The translations under genes and the position numbers were made by a program. A model generated the notes under the pieces. The model was not told where the DNA came from, ran no database searches, and saw nothing but the letters and a program-made list of their open reading frames with translations. A DNA stretch of 64,000 bases, taken from NCBI RefSeq assembly GCF_006345805.1, contig NC_042999.1, positions 19,034,001-19,098,000 of the forward strand. Direction: 5' to 3'. Source of the DNA: Octopus sinensis (taxonomy: Eukaryota). Shown one piece after another: positions 52,941 through 64,000 of the stretch; position 1 is the stretch's first letter, and each line of letters starts with the position of its first letter.

Positions 52941-53480
52941 AAAAAATATAAAGAGATAAGATGAAAATAAAAATTTTGATAAATTTGAAACACCTTACAT
53001 GTATATTATGCGTGTATGTGTGTGTGTGTTTGTGCGTGAACGCGCGCGTATGTGCGTGCGTATGTATGTGTATGTATAAGATAGGATAAATACGTTAATG
53101 ACAGATCATTATCAGTACGTGTAAGAAAATTGGCAACGAGAAAAAATTTGATGAAGAAACTTCTAGCATTATGCGATACATTCAGAAAATATCTATATGA
53201 AATAAATGAACACTTAGACATGTTAAAGAATGTAAATTTTAGTGCTAGAGAATTGTTATTGATATTTTCTTTTAAGCTAAATAGCCTTAGAATGGAAGTA
53301 TTTATCTATATTTTTTTCTGAAAGTTAGAACAGTACCACCATCAACGTAATGTAAGCTGAAAACTGCTGATAATAGATTTTCAGAAATTGGTTAACATAT
53401 ATGTTGCAACTCTACTTATTTAGTGCATGTAGACAGAGAGAGATAGAGACAGCCAGACAGAGAAGCATGAGTCCATATAT

Positions 53481-54004
53481 TCATTTCTACACGAGGTATA
53501 AGGCCCGAAATTTTGAGGGAGGGTGCGAGTAATTTAGATCTACCACAATACGCAACTGGTGCTAAATTTATCGACCCCGAAAGGATGAAAAGCAAAGGAT
53601 GAAAGGCAAAGTAGACCTCGGCAAAATTTGAACTCAGAACGTAAAGACAGACGAAATACCCCTGAGCATTTCGCCCGGCGTGCCTTATGGAACAGTTATA
53701 ACAACAGGTGTCTTTCGACTACGGACGAATTAAATTAAGCTGGCGTGTGATATATATATATATATATATATATCTTTCTTTATTACCCACAAGGGGCTAA
53801 GCATAGAGGGGACAAACAAGGACAGACAAACGGATTAAGTCAATTATATCAACCCCAGTGCGTAATTGGTACTTATTTAATCGACCCCGAAAGGATGAAA
53901 GGGAAAGTCGACCTCGGTGGAATTTGAACTGAGAACGTAACGGCAGACGAAATACCGCTAAGCATTTTGCCCGGCGTGCTAACGTTTCTGCCAGCTCACC
54001 GCCA
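53481..54004 (-). mobile_element. Composite of two family C SINEs (~53490-53684 and 53775-54004)
   Basis: Two Meta-like domains with different tails; block flanked by ATGA(G/A)TCCATATA. Confidence 0.83.
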
Positions 54005-54567
54005 TATGAATCCATATACTGTACAATGTCTGTATTAATTCTGCTCTATGAATAGTTTAGTACCAGGTCTTGTACGTTGTGTGAGCGTTCTTATGATACC
54101 TATTGTTATATGAAAGTGCATATCATCAGACTGGTTATGTAAGCACGAGAGATAAAGAGAGAGGGGGGAGAGTGCGGAGGGAGAGAGAGACTGAGACGGA
54201 AAATGATTTTTGTGTTCTCTACATTGCAGAAACATGTGTAAACAAGATCTAATTAAAAGAAAACTTAAACAATATATTATATGATTACAGAATTGATGAC
54301 CTAGGGCACAATCAGTTCATAAATTAAGTTGACCTTTAAAGAAGGATCAAGTTATAACATTGGAGAGCAGCCAAACAGCGTTCAAAATTAGAAGCTGGAA
54401 GAAAAGATGACGACTATGTTATATAAATGCACGCTTATTATCAAATATTTCAAATACCTCCGTAACAGCAGACGATCGATTCTTAGACGATTATCAACTT
54501 ATAAAGTGGATGATTAAAAATGTTTTGTTTTATATATAACTTTCTCCTCTCAAACTTTTTGCATGTT

Positions 54568-54598
<31 letters not shown>

Positions 54599-54631
54599 AA
54601 CTCTATATCTCTTTCTTTCTCTCAATTTCTG

Positions 54632-54632
<1 letters not shown>

Positions 54633-54720
<88 letters not shown>
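54633..54720. repeat. (TATC)n microsatellite
   Basis: Directly visible. Confidence 0.97.
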
Positions 54721-54911
54721 GCCTTTGACTACCTTGGTTTAATCATTTAATCTTCTCTCTCCATTTACCTATTTCTCAACTCATTAGTATTTAATTCTCT
54801 AATTTTCTCTATATTTCTCATACATAATCATTCTCTATTTTCTTTTCAGTATAACTAGCTCTCGTCCTACCTTTCTTTAACTTCCTCTTCTTTCTCTTTT
54901 GCATATACATA

Positions 54912-55275
54912 TACTAGCAAAACGCCCCCCCCCCACGTCCAATGGACGGTGCTGAGTTGTCAAACATTTAAACCAAATTTTCTCAAAACAACTTGTCCGA
55001 TCGTCCCATAGGCCCCTCCTTTGTGAAACACTGATTTAACCTAAATTTGAGACTCCAGCAAAAGAAGAAATAAAGACTTTTTTCTATTCCAAAGAAAAAC
55101 GATTCTCACCTGGAATCGATTTTTGTAATTTTTTCAAGAATTATACACGCCCTGATACCGTCGGTATCTACATATCAAATTTGAGCGCAATCGGATGGAG
55201 GATGCCCGAGATCCTAGAAGCAAAACACACATACACACACACACACACACTCACACACACAGAAGAGATTTGTCG
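54912..55275 (+). mobile_element. Possible non-autonomous Helitron-type element
   Basis: Begins TACTAGC..GCCC, has AAATTTGAGCGCAATCGG then a (CA)n tract, a layout like Lep1/DINE-type non-autonomous rolling-circle elements. Confidence 0.45.
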
Positions 55276-56106
55276 ACATACATACAAGTGTATATGGAGG
55301 GAAGGAGGGCTAGAGAGCGTGATGAAGGGAAGAGGATCTATATACACCCAGCTATATACATATGTGTGTAATGAGTAACATCGTAGATACTTATACATAG
55401 GATAATGGTCGGTTTTAACGTGCAACCAGGAATAATATTTACGAATAAAACTACTTTACATTCGTGTCATGATCTGCGTTTACGATTTATATACTTCGTG
55501 TTTGTTTTTGTGTTTGTTTAAAAAATTATCTCGGCAGAAACATTTCCTAATAATTCATTATTCCATGTCAATTATGGTTCGTTTGAGCTTGAAATTTATT
55601 CATTCAACTGAATACTTAATGAACAATTTAATGTTGGCTTTTGAACCTGCTTCCAAACTCATAGCATGACCTGCAGTATTGTTATTAGCAATGTCAATAG
55701 CAGAGCGTCGGAAAATATACCGCATTGTATTCTTAATTTGCCTCGCAGTCTTCCCACTCGATAAAAAATATAGGAAGTTACGAGCTGGGATGTAACTCAT
55801 CAATTTAATTGCCCTCATGATTAAAAGTTTTACTTATGTTAGAGCTGGCAGGATTGATAGCACGGCAGACAAAATGCTTCGCGACATTTCTTCTGCTTCT
55901 TTATGTTCTGTGTTTAAAAGACACCGAGGTGGGATAAGCCATTCATCGATAAACTAAGTTCCTGTTTATGCAATGTAATCAATTAAACAGTAAAGTAGAA
56001 TAAACAAGTAACCCTTTGAGCCCTGGACCCGATGTAATCGACTTTCTCCTCCCATCTGAGTTGTTGCTCTCGTACCAAAATTTGAAACAAATATATATCT
56101 TGTTGC

Positions 56107-56405
56107 GTCTGGAGAGAGTCATAATCTCTTAATAACTTATTGTCTAATACACACACCGGTTCGATTCCCATTTATTTATTATTTATATTTTTATTCCCAA
56201 ATTTTCGTTGCCTTTTCAGCCTTGTCCATGTATATTAACTCTTTTATTGGAGCTGCCAATAACGGACAGAGACAACATCAATCCACAAGGTTTGCAAGAA
56301 CAACGAAAATTTTCGAAGGAATAGTATAAATAATAAATACGTGGAAATCGCACTTGTGAGTATGTTAGATAATAAAGCATTAAGACGATAGGACTCTCCC
56401 CAGAC
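56107..56405. repeat. Old diverged inverted repeat; the unit also occurs at ~11385-11495
   Basis: GTCTGGAGAGAGTC..AAATTTTCGTTG (56107-56210) vs CAACGAAAATTT..GACTCTCCCCAGAC (56301-56405). Confidence 0.7.
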
Positions 56406-56764
56406 ACAGTATGATTTCCTTCAACACATGAGTTAACATAAAGAGTCTTACAAACCAGCTACAAAAGCGAAGTAAATATAAAGCTTCTTTTCATTATTTA
56501 AAACTACATCAGCACTGAACGTGCTGATCAACCATCAAATTATTCAAGCCATGACACTCTTCCTTGTTGATATTATTATACGACAAGATTTACCCAGATT
56601 GACAATATACAATGCGGCATATATGAGACAGTGAGCCATGGTTTGAAGAATATTTTGCGGTCATTTCTATTAAGTCGAGCGGCCAAATCGTGAATAAATT
56701 ATTGACTCAACTTTCGATATATTTCAGCTATGATGATTCTAAGAATTTATGGAACAGTTATAAT

Positions 56765-57126
56765 CCTTTCTAATATAGGCAAAAGGCCTGAAAGTTCGAA
56801 GGAGGGCGTCTAATGGTACTTAATTTATCGACCCCGAAAACTCAGAATGTAGCGACGGACGAAATACTGCTAAGCATTTCGCCCGGCGTGCTAACGATTC
56901 TTATTTTTTTGTTGCTCACAAGGGGCTAAACATAGAGGGGGCAAACAGGGACAGACAAACGGATTAAGTCGATTATATTGACCTCAGTGCGTAACTGGTA
57001 CTTAATTTATCGACCCCGAAAGGATGACAGGCAAAGGCGACCTCGGCAGAATTTGAACTCAGAACATAAAGACAGACGAAATACTGCTAAGCATTTCGCC
57101 CGGCGTGCTAACGTTTCTGCCAGCTC
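56765..57126 (-). mobile_element. Dimeric family C SINE with TSD
   Basis: Two partial units; ATGGAACAGTTATAAT at 56749-56764 and 57134-57149. Confidence 0.83.
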
Positions 57127-57824
57127 ATGTCTCATGGAACAGTTATAATGACAATTCTCACTGCATACCACATTCCTATACATGGTAAATTAAACATTGT
57201 TTAAAAGAAACACATTAGATCAGAAGAGAAAATAAGATAGAGTGAGACACGTTACTAATTAAAAAGTTAGGTGATGTCTTGTTTGTTACTGAAATTACGT
57301 CTACATTTAATGCACAGATTCAATTAAAGAAATATTTCACTCGTCAAATAAAAAAAAGGAACAATACAGAAATTTTTTATATACCAACAACGAAAGAATT
57401 ACAAATAACGAAAGGAAGGAAAGCGAGACACTGAAAAAATATAGAGATAATATGAATAAAATAAACAAAATAGATTATTTAGGGAAAGAAAAAATAGTAA
57501 ATAACTTTAAAAAATAAAATTATGAAGGTCAAAGAATTATATAAAAAAAAAAGAACTGAAAATCAAAATTCTTCAATATGCCAAAAGTTATGAAAAGGAA
57601 TATCAAAGTGAGATTGGATTTTTTAAGAGGATAAAGATAAGCAAATGTTGATGATGGTGATGATGATAATGATAATGATGATGGTAGTGGTGGTGGTTAT
57701 GATTGTTATTATGGTGGTGGTGGTGGTGGGTGTGTTGACACAAGTTTCGTGAATATTATTTTTGTCTATATAAACACGCACACAAATACACACACAGACA
57801 CACTGTTCTTTATGTGTTTATTGC

Positions 57825-57895
<71 letters not shown>

Positions 57896-58099
57896 CAAGA
57901 CAGAGACAGAGAGACAGAGAGAGATGTGTGTGTGTAAATGTGTATGTAAGTATGTATGTATATAATGATTTCATATTTGCGTTTTCTAGCTTCACTTTCC
58001 GTTTATTCAAAACAACATGTCGTTCATATTTCAAAGTCGATACTCTTGATTAAATCAAGGCATATAGAAAATCAATATAACTAATATTTCAAGAATGAC

Positions 58100-58370
58100 A
58101 TTACGGTTAAAAAGCTCGCTTTGTAACTTTATGTTTCCCTGTTCGATCCCATTGTGTGGCACGTTAGGCAAGTGTCGTCTGCTATATTCCCTGGACGACC
58201 AATGATTTAAGAGTGAATTTGATAAACAGAAACAGTGTGGAAGAGCACCGTGTATACATGTTTGTGTTTGTTTGTTCCTTATCACTGCTTGATAACCGGT
58301 GACGGATTGTGTTCGTTTCCGTGACTTAGCGGTTTAGCAAAACATGCCGATGAAATAAGTACCAGGTTTC
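58100..58370 (+). mobile_element. Old family A-related SINE
   Basis: Diverged GTGTGGCACGTTAGGCAAGTGTC and CTTAGCGGTTTAGCAAAA motifs. Confidence 0.7.
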
Positions 58371-58442
58371 AATACTATGATCCAGCAATTCTTATCACAG
58401 CATTTATAATCAAAAGGTAGAGAATAATATATTAGTAATACT

Positions 58443-58653
58443 CCTTTCTGTTATAAGCACAAGGCCCGAAGTTTGGGGGAGGAGACTAGTCGTTTAGATC
58501 GACCCCAGAATGTCACTGGTACTCAATGTATCGACTCCGAAAGGATGAAAGGCAAAGTCGACCTCGGTGGAATTTGAACTCAGAACATAGCAACGGACGA
58601 AATATCGCTAAGCATTTCGTATAGCGTGCTAACGACTCTGCTACCTCGCCGCC
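58443..58653 (-). mobile_element. SINE family C
   Basis: Full head and Meta-like domain; TSD TAATATATTAGTA. Confidence 0.85.
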
Positions 58654-58724
58654 TTAATATATTAGTATTACTAAATGAGACGTGAGACGAAACTGGAAAT
58701 TCTACAATATAGAAATATATTACT

Positions 58725-59041
58725 GCTACTCCATCGCTCACTAAGACCAGTTGTCCAGTTGATCTGACTAACGGAGCAGCCTGATCGTGATATTAGCGTG
58801 TAAGTAGCTGAGTACTTTGCAGACACACATACCCTTAACGTATACTCAGGGCGATATAGCGTGGCACAAAATGGGCCCGGGCTGGATCTTTGAAATAGAG
58901 GTACCACGCATTTTGCCGAGCTGAGTGGACTGGAGCAACGTAAAAAGATATGTCTTGCTCAAAGACCGAACGCACCACCGTTTCTCGAACTCACGGTCTT
59001 ATGATCGTGAGCCGAATACACTAACCACTAAGCCACGCATC
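58725..59041 (-). mobile_element. CORE-like SINE (family D) with tail a, diverged
   Basis: tRNA head, CORE-like segment, then the same tail as 9863-10238. Confidence 0.75.
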
Positions 59042-59499
59042 TTTCCATACAAATATAAATCAGAGAGTGACAAGGATGATATAAATATAACATAAAGAAA
59101 TAAAGAACGGACGCAAGGAACAAAGAAAGGAAACAAAGGGAAAAAATGACAAGAGTGTATTCACAAAAGAAGTAACGAATTATTGCATCTTCAATTTAAG
59201 GTAAGGTAAACAAACGCCTAATGGCCACTGGGTCCGACTCCGAAAGAAAAAGGAAGACATTCTCGAAGAATCAGCAAATAATTTGAAAATATATAAGGTG
59301 ATATAGAGAAAAAATGTGGGAAGTCGGATTGGGTTTGAATGTAGATATTTTCTGGAGAAATTAAAGACACTGCTGTGGATGAAGTTATGGTAATACTTAC
59401 CACTACAGCCACAGGTTAAGATACCCGGATTGCAAGTAGTTCTAAAACGGATATATACCACTAAATGTTCGAATATTTATGGCTTAAAACAGCATATTA

Positions 59500-59566
59500 T
59501 ATATGTGTGTATAAGTATGTGTGATTATATATACATACGTATATATACATATATATTAATATAATA

Positions 59567-59633
<67 letters not shown>

Positions 59634-59671
59634 ATTTAAATATATATATATATATGCATTTATATTTGTTT

Positions 59672-59754
<83 letters not shown>

Positions 59755-60155
59755 TATATATATACATACATGCCTATGTAGTTCTGTATGTATATATACA
59801 TAAGTGTACATTTACACGTAGATAGGACATAGAAACTATCGGAAATTGAAACTCAGGAAATCGATAATCTATGGTTCTGGTTGTCGATTTCTAGGCCGAA
59901 AAGTGGTAACAATAAATTTGGAATAACGATTAGTAAAGTGTCATTTCATTCTTTTTTTTCCATATTTTTTTTTTTATGTTTAGTATAAATTTTTTCAAGA
60001 ATCAAATACAGAGCATCACTTTACTTTCACTTTGGACACCAATTTTTTTCACCCCTTCATCCTGTGAAAACGTATGTCAACACATATACTCCGAATCACA
60101 CATCACAACAGACCCACAAACGTACGCACTCACACATGTACATACACAGACGCAC

Positions 60156-60205
<50 letters not shown>

Positions 60206-60619
60206 GCACATGTATAAATGTTATGTGTGTATGCGCCTGTGTGTGTATAATGTGCGCATTTGCATTAGTGTGTGTTTTTGTCTCACTCGTATATTTCTTT
60301 TACTTTTATTTAAGATGAACATTTCAAGTTTAACGGTGATAAAATTGTACTCAGCAAACTATCAATTGATGGCTTTTATGGAAACTGTGAAAAGGTATAA
60401 AATATATAAAATGGCTTCCTTTTTCTTTCTTTCCCAGTTTTACTTTTCTCTCTGGTTCTGCTTCTCCCACTCTCTGTCTGTCTGCACGTCTGTCTGCACG
60501 TCTGACTCTAGTATATGTATGTATATATGTAATATATATAATATATATATATTTATATATATATATATATATATAATATATATATATTTATATATATTTA
60601 TATAAATTGTCTGTTGTGA

Positions 60620-60654
<35 letters not shown>

Positions 60655-60843
60655 CACATAGATTGACACACACATATACATAATATAAATTATATACATA
60701 TATATGCACACATCTACACACACACATGCATACAACACAAATACATACGTTTATACATAAGCACATATAAATAATAATACAAACACATGCTCACGTATAC
60801 TCGCAACGTAAGCATATATATATATACATATATATATAATATA

Positions 60844-60904
<61 letters not shown>

Positions 60905-60951
60905 ATAATATATGTATCTATTTATCTTCCTCTTCTCTATTATCTGTATAG

Positions 60952-60983
<32 letters not shown>

Positions 60984-61030
60984 CTATATATATTATATAT
61001 CTTTTATCTATATTTATATATATATATGTA
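59500..61030. repeat. Cluster of long (TA)n/(TG)n/(CA)n microsatellites
   Basis: Tracts at ~59500-59800, 60157-60204 and 60510-61027. Confidence 0.95.
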
Positions 61031-61407
61031 AGGGAGAATTTATCGTCTGAAGTCTATAAATTCTGAGAATAGAGTTGAAAGTTCAAGTGTTAGTCTTCTT
61101 CATATTGCAGAACCGTTAGCGCTGGTGATTGCAGCATGGCGGTGGTTGGGACGGCCATGATAGCTGGAGGAGGGGGATAATATTGTTGTTGTTGTTGTCT
61201 GTATTGACGTTGGAGTTGGCATCCGTGTTGGCTGTGTTTTTAATATTATTTTGTGTTCGTCGTGTTGGTTGCAATATTATTGATGTGGTTATTGTTGCAG
61301 TTTTTACTTGTGTTTTCGGTATGGACTTAGAAGATATGGGTTTTTCAGTGTTAGTATGTTATGGTGTTAATAATACTGATGGCAATCATGTCGATTCTGC
61401 TACGGCT

Positions 61408-61450
<43 letters not shown>

Positions 61451-61514
61451 CAGTAGTAGTAGTAGTAGTTGCAGCAGCAGCAGCTGCACTAGTAGCAGTT
61501 GTTGTTGTAGTGTG

Positions 61515-61742
61515 AAGGCGCGTGGCTTAGTTGTTAGGGCATTCGGCTCACGATTGTAAGGTCGTGAGTTCGATTCCCGGCGATGCGTTGTGTCCTTCAG
61601 CAAGACACTTTATTTCACGTTGCTCCAGTCCACTCAGCTGGCAAAATTGGATTGCTCAGTCACTTACATGTTAATTTCACGAGCAGGCTGTTCCGTTGAT
61701 CGTATCAGCTGGGACCCTCGAGGTCGTAATCGACAGTGTTCC
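61515..61742 (+). mobile_element. CORE-like SINE (family D, tail a, internally deleted) between (TAG)n tracts
   Basis: GGCGCGTGGCTTAG..GAGTTCGATTCCC, TTGTGTCCTTCAGCAAGACACTT, tail CACGAGCAGGCTGTTCCGTTGATC. Confidence 0.82.
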
Positions 61743-61825
<83 letters not shown>

Positions 61826-62312
61826 TTATTGCTGTTGCAGTTGTATATTATTTAACTTCAACATGATCAACCGGACCTAAGTATAAGAATATATCAGTCT
61901 ATATATCGTCTTTGAGGAAAGCTTTAAGGTGTTTGGCTCAGTTTTTCCTAATTTAGTTTGTTTTCCTTTCCAGAGCATTTTTGTTAGTCTGTCCTAAAAC
62001 CTATGCAGACATTTATTTAGCCCTCGTTTGTCGTTCGTTCTAAATAATAAAAACAGTCCCTTTGCTAAGTCTCAAGTTTTCTGGTGGTTGAACAGAAAAC
62101 TTAGAACGTGTATCATTTACGATGCAAGGGCCCCAGGAAAACAGGTCCAGTGTATCACATGTGGTGCATAATTTAGCCAAAGAATTAAGAGGGCAAAGTG
62201 TCATTTCGAAACTTTTTATTGTTAACCCTGCACTTGAAAAAACACATGGAAACTCTCTCATTTCGCTGCCACGATACCAAGTTTTCGAGATGATGAATTT
62301 TTTCTCAGATAT

Positions 62313-62700
62313 AGGCGAAGGTGTGGGTGTATGATAAGAAGATTGCTTTCCAGTCACATAGTTCTGGGTTCAATCTCACTGCGTAGCAAATGTCTTCTTC
62401 GAGTCGATCAAAGCCTTATGAGTGATGTCATAGACGGAAACTCTAAGAAAGCCGTCGTATATATATATATATAGGTGCGTGTCTGTATGTTTGTGTATGT
62501 ATGTGCATTTTTGTGTCTTTGTGTCTGTGTTTCTCTATTTCCACCGGTTGAAATCTGTGTTAGTTGTTTCCGACCCGATAACTTATCGGTTGCGCAAGGG
62601 AGACTAACATAATAGGTATCTGACTTAAAATACAAATAAGTACCGAGGTTGAATCACTCGACAGGAACTTCTTTAAGTTGGTACCCCTGCATGGCCGCTG
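62313..62700 (+). mobile_element. Old family A-related SINE
   Basis: AGGCG head, AAAGCCTTATGAGTG..AGACGGAAAC, tail GCATGGCCGC. Confidence 0.72.
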
Positions 62701-63000
62701 TCGTCATTTCTTGTACAAGCACGCAGCACATTTCTGAGGAAGGCATTTCAGTTATAAATAAGCTTGTTTTACGCTGACACAGTGTAGCTAAGAGTACACA
62801 AGATGTTTCCTTTAAATATAGAACAGATTTAACCATTACGAACATGCCCAGCAGATCGTCAGTGCGATGATAGTAAGTGCGAATACGCGACGACCGCTGG
62901 TACAGCTAAAGAAGATAATGATATGATAGAAGAGAACGTGCGGTGCAGGATTATTAGGAAATGTAGGGGAGAGATGCAGCGTAGCTAACTGAAATGTATA

Positions 63001-63536
63001 CAGGGTGTCCCCAAAAAATGTGTACACACCTTGAATAATTGTAAATTTGGGGTTTATTATAATTCGAATAATTTTCAACATGTAAAAGAATTTACAAATA
63101 TCATTCTATTGTCTTGTTATCGCATGTTCTCAAACTGATGTCCGTTCTGCTGCAGACACTGCTGACAACGCAAAGCGATGGAATGGCACACATCATGGAA
63201 CAATTCCCTTGGGATATTCGTACATTCATGTTCAATGGTTGCCCTCAATTGAACGACTGTTGCAGGTTTCTGTGCGTAGACTTTGTCCTGTAGGTATCCC
63301 CATAAAAAGAAGTCTAGTGGTGTGAGGTCTGGTGAACGTGGAGGGTATTCGACAAAACCACTCCGTCCAATCCACCTGTTTGGCAAGATCCCATCAAGAA
63401 AGGATCTAACATCGCGATGGTATTGTGGAGGTCCCCCATCTTGCTGGAAATAAAACTCTTCCTGTTCAAAGTCCTCTCTAATGCTTGGCATGACAGACTG
63501 TTGCAGCAAGTGTATACATTTTTTTGGGACACCCTG
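63001..63536 (-). mobile_element. Internally deleted DD41D (rosa-type) Tc1/mariner transposon
   Basis: TIRs CAGGGTGTCCC.AAAAAATGT.TACAC at both ends with TA on each side; residual frame 63117-63509 FQQDG..WIGR..PPRSPDLTPLDFFLWG has 41 residues between the second and third catalytic Asp. Confidence 0.93.
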
Positions 63537-63866
63537 TATATTTGTTGCTATGGTTATTTAGGATGTTAATGCGGCAACTATAGGTTCTATTTGCTACTTT
63601 TAATACCAAAACTGATGTTGGATATTCTCTGCTAATATTATTACAACTGTTTCCGATTGTATTAATGTTTTATTCGACATTGTTGCTGCTGTTGAGTTGC
63701 GCTGCCGGTGTTGTTTCTTTTCCTGGGGAGGTTGGATGTGGGGATGATGATATTAATGATGCAGGTACTAGTAAAGATGATGGTGATGGTGTTTGATTTT
63801 CGTGGTGTCAAATCATGGTGATGCTGGAGATATTGTCAGATGAAGGTAATGCAGCTTCTCCTACTA

Positions 63867-63867
63867 T

Positions 63868-63914
<47 letters not shown>

Positions 63915-63915
63915 A

Positions 63916-63950
<35 letters not shown>

Positions 63951-64000
63951 GTAGTAATAGTAGTAGTAGTAGTGGTAGTAGTAGTAGTAGTAGTAGTAGT
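63867..64000. repeat. (TAG)n microsatellite (also 61408-61468 and 61743-61823)
   Basis: Directly visible. Confidence 0.97.

Noticed and set aside
59976-60605. Longest ORF (209 aa)
   Set aside because: Built from (TA)n/(CA)n low-complexity sequence with no recognisable domain
63867-64000. Telomeric repeat at the window end
   Set aside because: It is (TAG)n, not TTAGGG, and the same repeat occurs internally

Overview
AT-rich, repeat-dense animal non-coding DNA. The SINE, LINE and microsatellite content suggests a cephalopod (octopus-like) genome, which is an inference. No intact host gene, RNA gene or CRISPR array is supportable, and nearly all listed ORFs are translations of microsatellites or SINEs. 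The window holds roughly 40 copies or fragments of several modular tRNA-derived SINE families, relics of RTE, R4/Dong-like and CR1-group LINEs, two Tc1/mariner-superfamily relics (one a DD41D mini-element with both TIRs) and many (TA)n, (GATA)n and trinucleotide tracts. The most notable signal is a set of non-coding fold-back elements embedded in (TA)n microsatellites at 13.9 kb, 20.6-21.3 kb and 34.3-36.4 kb (a ~2 kb palindrome). They have the inverted or tandem pseudo-LTR layout of Penelope-like retroelements, and each carries a minimal type I hammerhead-ribozyme motif. Two of these unrelated elements have a compensatory U3-A8 core (UUGANAA) instead of the canonical C3-G8 (CUGANGA). A LINE relic sharing its 3' stem-loop tail with the commonest SINE, and a well-spaced orphan TATA/Inr promoter, were also seen. 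All alignments were made by eye, so boundaries are approximate.
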